A stretch of DNA of 64,000 nt from an uncultured Pelagibacteraceae bacterium (GCA_902604975.1 CACLAY010000003.1:6008-70007), one strand, 5' to 3'; numbered from the stretch's first letter, positions 1-9,252 are shown. Notes: generated by a model from the letters alone, not told the origin. Program-made: numbers and translations.

Positions 1-18
1 TTGTTATTTTAATAGATT

Positions 19-855
19 TCATTTTACAAATGTACCTTTATGATAATCCTCAACTGCTTGCAAGATTTCTTGTTTAGTGTTCATAACAAATGGACCACCT
101 CTAGCAATTTGCTCACCTATTGGTTTTCCAGCAATAAGAAGAAACTTAGCATTAGTTGAGCCATAAACCTTAAGTTTATCTCCCTTTTCTAAAAGAATTA
201 GTTTTGAATTTTCAACTTTTTGATGCTGCTGATTTCCAATTTTTATCTCTCCTTCAATTAAATAAATAAATGAATTATGAGTTAATGGTAAATCGAAATT
301 GAACTTTTTATCCTTATTTAATTCTACATCAAAATAAATAGGCTCAACATTATGTTTTTTTACAGGTCCCTCGGTTTGTTCAAATTTACCAGCTATGACT
401 TTTACAATTTTTTCTTCATCTTTATATGATTGCATTTGCTCTGCATCTATATAGATGTAATCAGGTTTGCTCATTTTAAGTTTAGCTGGCATATTGATCC
501 ATAATTGAAATCCATGCAGTTTACCTTCTTTCATTGCTGGCATTTCAGAGTGAATTATTCCACTTCCAGTTTTCATCCACTGAACATCTCCTGCAGTCAT
601 TCTACCTTCGCCACCTGTACTATCTTTGTGTTCAAAATCTCCAGATAGCATATAAGTTACTGTTTCTATTCCTCGATGAGGATGAGGTGGAAAACCTGCT
701 ATATAATCTTCACTATTTTCTGATCCAAATTCATCTAGCATTAAAAATGGATCAAAGTAATTTGGTTCTACACCAATACTTCTTTTTAATTTAACTCCAG
801 CCCCATCAGAAGCTGGCGTAGGTTCAATAATTTTTTTAACTTCTATATCTGACAT
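19..855 (-). CDS. Pirin family protein
   Basis: DPFLMLDEF, metal ligands PPHPHRGIETVTY and GIIHSE, C-terminal GPFVMNT. Confidence 0.95.
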   Translation of the reverse strand: MSDIEVKKIIEPTPASDGAGVKLKRSIGVEPNYFDPFLMLDEFGSENSEDYIAGFPPHPHRGIETVTYMLSGDFEHKDSTGGEGRMTAGDVQWMKTGSGIIHSEMPAMKEGKLHGFQLWINMPAKLKMSKPDYIYIDAEQMQSYKDEEKIVKVIAGKFEQTEGPVKKHNVEPIYFDVELNKDKKFNFDLPLTHNSFIYLIEGEIKIGNQQHQKVENSKLILLEKGDKLKVYGSTNAKFLLIAGKPIGEQIARGGPFVMNTKQEILQAVEDYHKGTFVK

Positions 856-864
856 ATTATTTAT

Positions 865-1236
865 TTAAAATTTCTTATCTAAACTAAAATCTTTAGTTCC
901 ATTTATGAATATAAATAGAAACCCACCTGCTAATGCAATATTTTTCAAAAAAGATCCTAATTGTATCTGGTCCGAAAAATCGTTGTGAAAAATTACTGCT
1001 GTTGCAATACAAAATAGACTTAATAAACCTGCTGCAATTTTTGCTTTATAGCCCAATATAATTAAAATAGGTCCAAATATCTCCAAAATTATTGCTGGTA
1101 TAATTAAAATACCTGGTATTCCAAAACCCTCCATCCAGCCGACTGTTCCATCATAATTACTAATTTTAAAAACACCATTTAGAAGAAATAAAGCTGAAAT
1201 TAAAATTCTTGCAACAAGATCTAAAATGTTTGTCAT
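865..1236 (-). CDS. DoxX family membrane protein
   Basis: Four hydrophobic helices; FH and FLKNIALAGG motifs. Confidence 0.9.
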   Translation of the reverse strand: MTNILDLVARILISALFLLNGVFKISNYDGTVGWMEGFGIPGILIIPAIILEIFGPILIILGYKAKIAAGLLSLFCIATAVIFHNDFSDQIQLGSFLKNIALAGGFLFIFINGTKDFSLDKKF

Positions 1237-1257
1237 AATTTTAAAATAAAGAGTTGT

Positions 1258-1917
1258 TTAAATAATATCAAGTAAGTGTTTAAGATTATTAATCTGATTT
1301 TTAGGAGAGTAATCTAGATTATCAAAAATAATATTATTTCTATTCACCCAAATAGCATTAAAACCATAATTTCCACCCCCAGAGACATCCCAGGTATTTG
1401 CGCTTAAAAAAGCGACTTCATGTTTTTCAATCTTATATTTTTTTACTGGAATATCGTATACCTTTGAATCTGGCTTAAAAACACCTACTTCTTCTACTGA
1501 AAAAATATCATCAAAAACTTTAAGATTATTACTGGAGACCAATTCATTGAGAAGGGAAGGAGTTCCATTTGAAAGTATTGATAGTTTGTAATTTTTTTCT
1601 TTTAATAATTGGAGAGTTCCTTTTACTTCTGGATAAGGGGAAAGAATTTTATAAAGATCAAGCAATTCACTTTTCATATTAGGATTAATATTAAAAACTT
1701 TCATTGATTTATCTAAACTATCTTCAGTAATTTTCCAAAAATCTTTATGTCTTTTCATAAGACTTCTAAGCCAAGTATATTCTAGCTGAGTTGTTCGCCA
1801 ATAATTTGAAAAACTTTCCCATTTGCTGCCAATTTTATCTTTACATTTTTCTGCTGCAGAATTTACATCAAATAAAGTTCCATAGGCATCGAAAATTATT
1901 GCTTTAATATTTTTCAT
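1258..1917 (-). CDS. Haloacid dehalogenase type II
   Basis: FDAYGTLFDV, WRTTQLEY, LSNG, KP, SANTWD motifs. Confidence 0.93.
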   Translation of the reverse strand: MKNIKAIIFDAYGTLFDVNSAAEKCKDKIGSKWESFSNYWRTTQLEYTWLRSLMKRHKDFWKITEDSLDKSMKVFNINPNMKSELLDLYKILSPYPEVKGTLQLLKEKNYKLSILSNGTPSLLNELVSSNNLKVFDDIFSVEEVGVFKPDSKVYDIPVKKYKIEKHEVAFLSANTWDVSGGGNYGFNAIWVNRNNIIFDNLDYSPKNQINNLKHLLDII

Positions 1918-1933
1918 AAATTACTTTCTTGAT

Positions 1934-2644
1934 ATGAGTAATATTAGAATATTTTTTCCTGAAAGTTTATCTCTTAATTTAAATTCTTGGCTTGAAAAAC
2001 CACAATCACACTATTTAACAAAAGTAATGAGAGTCAAAATTGGTGAAAATTTTTCACTATTTAATAAAAATGGTGAGTGGTTAGCTAAAATTAATAATAT
2101 CAGTAGTGGCAAAGTTGAATTTAGTATTCGAGAAAAATTAAGAAATAAAGAAAACCCGGTAGAAATTTGGTTGGCATTTTCTCCCATTAAATCAAATTAT
2201 TCAAATTTCATGATACAGAAGGCTACTGAATTGGGTGTAACTAAATTTATTCCAATTATTTTTGATAGAACAATTGTAAGAAAGATTAATTCTGAGAGAT
2301 TAGAAAAAATAATTATAGAGGCAACAGAGCAGTCAAATAGAATAAACCCCCCTTCTTTAGAAAAACCTCAAAATTTAAAAAGTTTCTTAAAAAAAAATGA
2401 AAATAAAATAGATTTAATTTTTACCGACCTAAATACTAAAAATAAAAAAATTGATTTTAATAAGGACAGAGATAAATCATTGTGTATTATAATTGGACCT
2501 GAGGGTGACTTTTCAGAGCAAGAAAGGAATAATATTTTAAATTTTAAAGGTGTAAAATCATTTAAAATAAATGAAAACATTCTCAGATCAGAGACAGCAG
2601 TAATTTCGTCAATATCAATACTTAGTTATATTTTGAATTTATAA
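1934..2644 (+). CDS. rsmE: 16S rRNA m3U1498 methyltransferase RsmE
   Basis: HYLTKVMR, QKATELGV, EATEQS, IGPEGDFS, ILRSETA. Confidence 0.95.
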   Translation: MSNIRIFFPESLSLNLNSWLEKPQSHYLTKVMRVKIGENFSLFNKNGEWLAKINNISSGKVEFSIREKLRNKENPVEIWLAFSPIKSNYSNFMIQKATELGVTKFIPIIFDRTIVRKINSERLEKIIIEATEQSNRINPPSLEKPQNLKSFLKKNENKIDLIFTDLNTKNKKIDFNKDRDKSLCIIIGPEGDFSEQERNNILNFKGVKSFKINENILRSETAVISSISILSYILNL

Positions 2645-3226
2645 ATATTTGTTAATTAAATTAATTGATTTTTTAATATCGTCTCTGTGAGAAATTTTAG
2701 CAATATATTTTCCATCTTTAAGAAGTATTACAGGTGAGCTATGATCAACATTGTAATCACCATTTTCGAAAAAAATTTTTTGACTGATTATTCCCCATGA
2801 TTGTGACAATAAAAAAATTTCACCTGGATCTCCTGTGATACCAACAAACTCGTTATCAAAATTTCTGAGATAGTCCTTAATAACTTCTGGAGTATCTCTT
2901 TTAGGATCAACACTAATAAAAAAAACTTTTAAATCTTTTTTTTTATTTTTCTTTATTCTATTCAATGCGATATCCATTTTATTTAAAGTCATTGGACAAA
3001 TATCAGGACAATTTGTAAAACCAAAAAAAATTGCAGTTAAAGGTCCATCAAAAGATTCTTGAGTAATAATATTATTGTTCATATCTTTAAGCTCAAAATC
3101 TGAGCCTTTAAATGCTGCGACTGATTGGTCTTTTTGTTCTTTCATAGAAAGAAATACTGGAAGCATCAAAAAAAAGAATATTGTTAGACATCCAGTTAAT
3201 ACTGCAATTGAGGTTTTTATTTTCAT
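2639..3226 (-). CDS. SCO/SenC copper chaperone
   Basis: N-terminal TM helix, FGFTNCPDIC (CxxxC), SVDPKRD, VDHSS. Confidence 0.95.
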   Translation of the reverse strand: MKIKTSIAVLTGCLTIFFFLMLPVFLSMKEQKDQSVAAFKGSDFELKDMNNNIITQESFDGPLTAIFFGFTNCPDICPMTLNKMDIALNRIKKNKKKDLKVFFISVDPKRDTPEVIKDYLRNFDNEFVGITGDPGEIFLLSQSWGIISQKIFFENGDYNVDHSSPVILLKDGKYIAKISHRDDIKKSINLINKYL

Positions 3227-3262
3227 TATTGTAAAATTATATATAGGAACTATATAAACATT

Positions 3263-3940
3263 ATGTCTCTATTAAAGAAAATATTTGGCACATTAACTGA
3301 AAAACCGTGGGAACAAGATCAAGCAGTAATTGATAGTGGCCATTCTGGAAAAACATTTGAAATTTCAAATCAAATGTCAGCTGTTATTATTATTTTTGGA
3401 GTAAGTACAACTTTATTTAGTTTAATTTTTACTGGTTACCTTTACTCACTACCCCCTGAACAAGATACAACTTTTATTCTTAAGACAAATTTACTTTGGA
3501 TAAATACATTGGTCTTAATTCTAGTAACAATATTTTTTAATAGAATAAGCAAAGATTTAAAAAATGGAATTACAAACACAATAAAAAGAAATCTAATTTA
3601 TGTAGGTGCTTTAAGTTATATATTTTTATTTCTACAGTTAGCTTTATGGTATCAGCTTATGAAAAGTGGAAATTTTGTTTCAACTAATACATATTTTTCA
3701 TCTTATTATTTCTTTACAGCGTTACATGGTATTCATCTTTTAGGAGGTCTCTATTTCTGGGGCAAAGTAAGCTCAAAAATTTTTAAATTAGATGAAAAAG
3801 ATTACAACAAAGAAGAAAAAAGTATTAATGCTCTTTCGTTGTACTGGTTATTCTTATTTATAGTTTGGTTAGTTTTCTTTACAATAATGTTTGCATACAA
3901 TGATACTGTTATAGAATTCTGCAAATCTTTGATTGCATAA
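3263..3940 (+). CDS. Cytochrome c oxidase subunit III paralogue (CoxO-like)
   Basis: COX3-like helices, FTALHGIHLLGG, YW near the C-terminus, N-terminal KPW typical of CoxO. Confidence 0.85.
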   Translation: MSLLKKIFGTLTEKPWEQDQAVIDSGHSGKTFEISNQMSAVIIIFGVSTTLFSLIFTGYLYSLPPEQDTTFILKTNLLWINTLVLILVTIFFNRISKDLKNGITNTIKRNLIYVGALSYIFLFLQLALWYQLMKSGNFVSTNTYFSSYYFFTALHGIHLLGGLYFWGKVSSKIFKLDEKDYNKEEKSINALSLYWLFLFIVWLVFFTIMFAYNDTVIEFCKSLIA

Positions 3941-3941
3941 T

Positions 3942-4133
3942 TTATATAAATAAAACCAACACTGATCCAAACACTGCAATTATAATTAAAAGTATATTTA
4001 CTGATCTTAGATATCTTTTAGTTTCAGGTTTTGTCTCTCCTTTTGAAAATCTTCCTGCACCTAAAGAAATTACAAAGTAGAATGCTAAAACCAAAGTAAG
4101 AATTGTTATTAAAATACCTAATTTACCGAGCAT
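3942..4133 (-). CDS. Small two-TM hypothetical membrane protein (63 aa)
   Basis: Fills the gap between coxO and coxM; ATG start; two hydrophobic segments. Confidence 0.7.
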   Translation of the reverse strand: MLGKLGILITILTLVLAFYFVISLGAGRFSKGETKPETKRYLRSVNILLIIIAVFGSVLVLFI

Positions 4134-4169
4134 AAATATATTGATTATATTAGTATAATTAATATGTTT

Positions 4170-4186
4170 TATGACATTTTGTCATA
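4170..4186. promoter_or_regulatory. Perfect palindrome TATGACA-TTT-TGTCATA upstream of coxM, resembling a RegA/RegR/PrrA box
   Basis: 7-3-7 inverted repeat read directly, centred about 43 bp upstream of the coxM ATG; regulator identity is inference. Confidence 0.55.
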
Positions 4187-4220
4187 GGTATTTATAGGAT
4201 TATTCTTCTATATAAGCTCT

Positions 4221-5057
4221 ATGCATGCAGGAATAATTTTTTTATTAGTAATCATTGGATCTGTCTTATTTCATATTTTTACCCCTTGGTATTGGACTGA
4301 TATAGCATCAAACTGGGGTGGAATGGATGATACTATAACTCTTACCTTTTGGGTAGGTGGAGGAGTATTCGTAGCTGTTTGTCTATTTATGATTTACTGT
4401 GTTTTTAGATACTCACATAAAGAAGATAGAAGAGCAGAATATAAACCTGAGGATAAAAAATTAGAAAAAATTTTAACATGGGCAACTACATTAGGAGTTG
4501 CAGCTTTACTAGCACCTGGTCTTATTATTTGGAATCAATATGTAAATGTTCCAAAAAATGCAATTGAAGTTGATGTAATGGCATGGCAATGGGGATGGCA
4601 ATATAGACTACCTGGTGCAGATGGAAAATTAGGAACTACACAAGTAAGAAATATTGCTGACAATAATCCATTTGGTATTAACCCAGATGATCCATTTGGA
4701 AGAGATGACATAATGGTTGAGAGTGATGTTATTAATTTAGAGAACAATAGACCTGTAAAAATTTTATTAAGATCAGTAGACGTACTTCATAATTGGTATG
4801 TTCCACAATTTAGAGCAAAAATGGATGCAGTTCCAGGAACGGTTACTTTCTATTGGTTTGAACCTAACAAAGTGGGTGAATACGAAGTGTTATGTGCCGA
4901 GTACTGTGGTGTTGGACACTACGCAATGAGAGGTGGTGTTGAGGTCCAAGATAAAGGTGATTATGAAGTTTGGCTAAGCGAGCAAGAAACTTTTGAGCAA
5001 TTATCTGCTAGATATGAAAAATTAAACGTGGATGGGAACAAATTAGCCAAAAAATAA
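4221..5057 (+). CDS. coxM: Cytochrome c oxidase subunit II (CoxM-type)
   Basis: CuA ligands DVLH and CAEYCGVGHYAM, AWQWGW, N-terminal PWYWTDIASNWG typical of CoxM. Confidence 0.92.
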   Translation: MHAGIIFLLVIIGSVLFHIFTPWYWTDIASNWGGMDDTITLTFWVGGGVFVAVCLFMIYCVFRYSHKEDRRAEYKPEDKKLEKILTWATTLGVAALLAPGLIIWNQYVNVPKNAIEVDVMAWQWGWQYRLPGADGKLGTTQVRNIADNNPFGINPDDPFGRDDIMVESDVINLENNRPVKILLRSVDVLHNWYVPQFRAKMDAVPGTVTFYWFEPNKVGEYEVLCAEYCGVGHYAMRGGVEVQDKGDYEVWLSEQETFEQLSARYEKLNVDGNKLAKK

Positions 5058-5101
5058 CAATTTATTAATTTAAAAAAAAATATATATAGAGGATAAAAAT
5101 T

Positions 5102-6940
5102 ATGTCAGACGAATACGATAACAATAAATCATATCAAGCTCAGTCATCAGAAGTAATGGATGGTTCAACTGGTTCTGTTAATCCAGATATAGATTATGTA
5201 AGACCAGCAGAAGTTGGTGAGCAAGATTTATATCATGGACATAGCTTTATCGAAAAATGGGTTTTTTGCCAGGATGCAAAAGTTATAGGGGTACAATATT
5301 TCTTAACAGCAGTATTTACTGGAATTGTAGGTTTAATTTTATCTTGGTTAATGAGACTTCAATTAGGTTTTCCAGAATTGGCAGGTTTCATGACAGCAGA
5401 ACATTATTATCAATTTGTAACTATGCATGGAATGATCATGGTAGTTTACTTTTTAACTGCACTATTTCTCGGAGGCTTTGGGAATTATTTAATTCCACTC
5501 ATGGTAGGAGCAAGAGATATGGTTTTCCCATATGTCAATATGCTTAGTTTCTGGATGTTCTTTGTTGCAGTTGCAGTTTTAATGGCAAGTTTCTTTGTTC
5601 CCGGTGGACCAACAGGAGCGGGATGGACATTATATCCTCCTCAGACAATTCTAGAGGGAACTCCAGGATCCGGTATGGGAATACTTCTAATGCTTATATC
5701 CTTATCTTTATTTGTAATTGGTTTCACAATGGGTGGACTAAATTATATGATTACTATTCTTCAAGCTAGAACTAGAGGAATGACTTTAATGAGAATGCCC
5801 TTAACTGTTTGGGGTATTTTTACAGCTACCGTCCTTGCGATGTTAGCATTCCCAGCACTACTAGTTAGCGCAATAATGATGACATTAGATAAAGTATTAC
5901 AAACCAGTTTCTTTATGCCAACAATATTAAAAGCTGGAGAGGTTCTTGAATATGGTGGCGGAAGTCCAATTCTTTTCCAACACTTATTTTGGTTCTTTGG
6001 ACACCCTGAAGTTTACATTGTTGCATTACCTGCATTTGGAATAGTTTCAGACTTGATATCAGTTCATGCAAGAAAAAACATATTTGGTTACAGAATGATG
6101 GTTTGGGCAATTGTTGGTATTGGAGCTTTAAGTTTCTTCGTATGGGCTCACCATATGTATGTAAGTGGAATGAATCCTTGGTTTGGATTTTTCTTTGCAA
6201 CAACCACGTTAATTATTGCAGTTCCAACCGCCATGAAGGTTTATAACTGGATACTTACTTTGTGGAGAGGAAATATTAGAATTAATACAGTTATGTTATG
6301 GTGTCTAGGATTTATAGTAACATTTGTAAATGGTGGAATTACTGGAATATTTTTAGGGAATGTTTCAGTTGATGTTCCATTATCTGATACATATTTCGTA
6401 ATAGCCCACTTCCATATGGTCATGGGTATTGCACCATTAATGGTTATTATGGGCGCAGTTTATCATTGGTTCCCATTAGTAGCTGGAAAAATGTTACATG
6501 AAGGTCTAGGTAAATGGCACTTTTGGATTACTTTCTTAGGAGCATACTCAATATATTTTCCAATGCACTACCTAGGTTTTATCGGAGTTCCAAGAAGATA
6601 TTTTGAAATGTATGATAGTCCTTATATGACATCAGCAGTTGGTATGAACGAATTTATAAGTATTGCAGCATTTATAGTCGGTGCAGCACAGTTTATTTTA
6701 GTTTTCAATATTATTAAAACATTAAAAACAGGTAAAAAAGCTGAACAAAACCCTTGGAAAGCTAATTCGCTTGAATGGTATACTTCTACTGTTCCACCAA
6801 AACATGGTAACTTTGGTGAAAGACTTCCAGTTGTTCACCGATGGCCTTACGACTTTAGTGTTCCAGGAGCAAAGGATGACTTTATTCCGCAAACAACAGC
6901 ACCTAGTGAAGTAATACACACAGAAGTAGAGAAAACTTAA
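5102..6940 (+). CDS. coxN: Cytochrome c oxidase subunit I, A1 type (CoxN-like)
   Basis: TMHG, GWTLYPP, FGHPEVY, WAHHM, AHFH, PRRY; D-channel ARD and K-channel PTAMK; GAGGA RBS upstream. Confidence 0.95.
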   Translation: MSDEYDNNKSYQAQSSEVMDGSTGSVNPDIDYVRPAEVGEQDLYHGHSFIEKWVFCQDAKVIGVQYFLTAVFTGIVGLILSWLMRLQLGFPELAGFMTAEHYYQFVTMHGMIMVVYFLTALFLGGFGNYLIPLMVGARDMVFPYVNMLSFWMFFVAVAVLMASFFVPGGPTGAGWTLYPPQTILEGTPGSGMGILLMLISLSLFVIGFTMGGLNYMITILQARTRGMTLMRMPLTVWGIFTATVLAMLAFPALLVSAIMMTLDKVLQTSFFMPTILKAGEVLEYGGGSPILFQHLFWFFGHPEVYIVALPAFGIVSDLISVHARKNIFGYRMMVWAIVGIGALSFFVWAHHMYVSGMNPWFGFFFATTTLIIAVPTAMKVYNWILTLWRGNIRINTVMLWCLGFIVTFVNGGITGIFLGNVSVDVPLSDTYFVIAHFHMVMGIAPLMVIMGAVYHWFPLVAGKMLHEGLGKWHFWITFLGAYSIYFPMHYLGFIGVPRRYFEMYDSPYMTSAVGMNEFISIAAFIVGAAQFILVFNIIKTLKTGKKAEQNPWKANSLEWYTSTVPPKHGNFGERLPVVHRWPYDFSVPGAKDDFIPQTTAPSEVIHTEVEKT

Positions 6941-6950
6941 GAGAAAAATA

Positions 6951-7661
6951 ATGTCTGAACAAAAAATAGACGGCTTCGAACTTAAACCTGGGTTTAAGGG
7001 CATGGCGTCTGACACTGGTTCAGACCAAACAATGTTTAAAGGTGTGCATTGGGGCAAAGCCATGATGTGGATCTTTTTATTGAGTGATACTTTTGTATTT
7101 AGCTGTTTTTTAATTTCTTATATGAAAGGTAGAGGATCAACAATTGTTGATTGGCCTAACACGAGTGAAGTTTTTTCTTTATATGTGGGAGGTGTACCTG
7201 TACCACTTTTACTTATTGCGATAATGACTTTTGTATTGATCACAAGTAGTGGAACAATGGCTTTAGCGGTAAAATATGGTTACGAAAAAAATCGTAAAAT
7301 GTGTGGTTGGCTAATTCTTGCCACCGCAGTAGGCGGACTTACTTTTGTAGGAATGCAAGTGTTTGAGTGGTCCAAACTAATTCATGAAGGTGTTAGACCT
7401 TGGGGAAATCCTTTTGGTGCATCACAGTTTGGTTCTTTCTTTTTTATGATAACAGGTTTCCATGGTTTCCATGTCTCGATTGGGGTGATTTTCTTATTTA
7501 TTTACACTTATAAAGTTTTTGCTGGTCATTATGAGAGTAAAAAAAGAGGCTGGTTTACTAAAATGAAAGGGGATTATGTTGAAATTGAAATATTAGGTCT
7601 TTATTGGCACTTCGTAGATCTAGTTTGGGTTTTCATTTTCGCATTTTTCTATTTATGGTAA
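6951..7661 (+). CDS. coxP: Cytochrome c oxidase subunit III (CoxP-like)
   Basis: WGKAMMWIFLLSDTF, TGFHGFHV, GLYWHFVDLVWVFIF. Confidence 0.9.
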   Translation: MSEQKIDGFELKPGFKGMASDTGSDQTMFKGVHWGKAMMWIFLLSDTFVFSCFLISYMKGRGSTIVDWPNTSEVFSLYVGGVPVPLLLIAIMTFVLITSSGTMALAVKYGYEKNRKMCGWLILATAVGGLTFVGMQVFEWSKLIHEGVRPWGNPFGASQFGSFFFMITGFHGFHVSIGVIFLFIYTYKVFAGHYESKKRGWFTKMKGDYVEIEILGLYWHFVDLVWVFIFAFFYLW

Positions 7662-7669
7662 AATAAAAT

Positions 7670-8029
7670 ATGGAAGAGACTAACAAAATGAACGAGACAA
7701 CTAAAAAAGAGGATCAAACTAGTACTCAAAAGATAGGAATTTATCTTTGGATATGGCTGTTGTTATTTGTTCTAAGTTTCTTTTCGTATATGGTTGACTG
7801 GTATCAATTTCAAGGAATGTTGAGATGGTCACTAATATTATTCTTTATGTTCTTAAAAGCAGGGTTAATTATGGCCTTTTTCATGCACTTGTTTTGGGAA
7901 AGATACGCTTTAGTTAATGTATTGTTATGGCCAATGACAGCGATTGCTTGTTTTATATTTTTAATGACCGCAGAATTTAAATACACGCTATTTTCAAGAT
8001 TCTTTTATTTTGTGGTAGGAGGAGCTTAA
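7670..8029 (+). CDS. Prokaryotic cytochrome c oxidase subunit IV family (CoxQ-like)
   Basis: Three TM helices, KAGLIMAFFMHLFWE motif. Confidence 0.88.
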   Translation: MEETNKMNETTKKEDQTSTQKIGIYLWIWLLLFVLSFFSYMVDWYQFQGMLRWSLILFFMFLKAGLIMAFFMHLFWERYALVNVLLWPMTAIACFIFLMTAEFKYTLFSRFFYFVVGGA

Positions 8030-8030
8030 T

Positions 8031-8294
8031 ATGGATGCTTACGGATATTTAGCTTTTTTCTTAATTTTATTTGTTTTTTTTATTTATATAGTTTGGTTTG
8101 GTTATTCAGTAAAGGTTGAAAACCAAAAAGAACAAGGCGATAAAGTCACAATAAATCCTTATGATCAAATACCTTTAAGTAGAAGATTAATTGATAAAAA
8201 AAATAGCAAAGTAGGTATATTCGATCTTGGAAATCATATTTTAATAGCAGGCGTTATATTACTTGTAATATTTGTTTCACTAAATGTTGAGTAA
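8031..8294 (+). CDS. Hypothetical two-TM protein inside the cox operon
   Basis: 1-2 bp spacing to both neighbours, GGAG RBS upstream, two hydrophobic segments. Confidence 0.7.
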   Translation: MDAYGYLAFFLILFVFFIYIVWFGYSVKVENQKEQGDKVTINPYDQIPLSRRLIDKKNSKVGIFDLGNHILIAGVILLVIFVSLNVE

Positions 8295-8296
8295 TA

Positions 8297-9211
8297 GTGA
8301 CTGCAAATACAATTAAAAAAAAATCAGTTTCTATAAGTTTTCTATCTTATTCTAAGTATTTATTACTACTAATGAAGCCAAGAGTAATGTCTTTGGTCAT
8401 TTTTACTTGTGCTGTTGGGTTACTTACAGCCCCTGCATCGGTTTCTTTTTTTAATTCAATAATTGCAATTTTCTTTGTAACGATGGGAGCAGGTGCTGCA
8501 GGTGCATTAAATATGTGGTACGAGGCTGATCTTGATAAATTAATGACAAGAACTTGTCTTAGACCTATCCCTACTGGAAAGATTAACAGGGAGCATGCTT
8601 TATTATTTGGAACACTATTATCGATAGTATCTGTAGTTGGACTTTATTATTTTTCAAATTTAACATCAGCTATTTTGTTATCAATAACGATAGCATTTTA
8701 TGTATTTGTTTATACGATTTGGTTAAAAAGAAAAACGCCCCAAAATATTGTTATTGGAGGCGCATCAGGCGCACTGCCACCAGTTATAGGTTGGACTATA
8801 GCTACCAACTCATTAACATTAGAACCGATAACATTTTTCTTAATCATATTCTTTTGGACCCCATCTCATTTTTGGGCATTAAGCCTTTACAAAGCAGACG
8901 ATTATCAGAAGGCTAAAATTCCTATGCTACCTATTACCAATGGTATTGAGGAAACGAAGAAAAATATATTTGTTTATTCTTTAACAATGTTACCAGTAGT
9001 TATTTTGCCTTATTATATTGGTTTTGCAGGTGAAACATTCCTAATATTTTCATTAATACTTACCTTTTATTACAACTATGTTTGTTATGATCTTCTAAAG
9101 TTCAAAAAAAATAAATTTGAAATAAAGAAGGCTAAAAAGGCATTCTCTTACTCAATTTTTTACTTATTTTTGCTTTTTGTCTTATTTTTGGTAGATCAGA
9201 TTATAAAATAA
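8297..9211 (+). CDS. ctaB: Protoheme IX farnesyltransferase (heme O synthase)
   Basis: KPRVMSLV, DKLMTRTCLRP, YTIWLKRKTPQNIVIGG, WTPSHFWAL, DYQKA; GTG start. Confidence 0.96.
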   Translation: MTANTIKKKSVSISFLSYSKYLLLLMKPRVMSLVIFTCAVGLLTAPASVSFFNSIIAIFFVTMGAGAAGALNMWYEADLDKLMTRTCLRPIPTGKINREHALLFGTLLSIVSVVGLYYFSNLTSAILLSITIAFYVFVYTIWLKRKTPQNIVIGGASGALPPVIGWTIATNSLTLEPITFFLIIFFWTPSHFWALSLYKADDYQKAKIPMLPITNGIEETKKNIFVYSLTMLPVVILPYYIGFAGETFLIFSLILTFYYNYVCYDLLKFKKNKFEIKKAKKAFSYSIFYLFLLFVLFLVDQIIK

Positions 9212-9231
9212 ATAATCCTATTTATTTTATA
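9202..9231. repeat. Perfect 13-bp A/T inverted repeat TATAAAATAAATA-ATCC-TATTTATTTTATA at the ctaB/thrC junction
   Basis: Read directly; A/T-only stem, so function is uncertain. Confidence 0.5.
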
Positions 9232-9252
9232 GGAAAATGGTAAAAAAAATTC

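Noticed and set aside
4141-4154. TTGAT half-site upstream of coxM as an FNR box
   Set aside because: The second half reads TTAGT rather than ATCAA; the match is too weak in AT-rich DNA.
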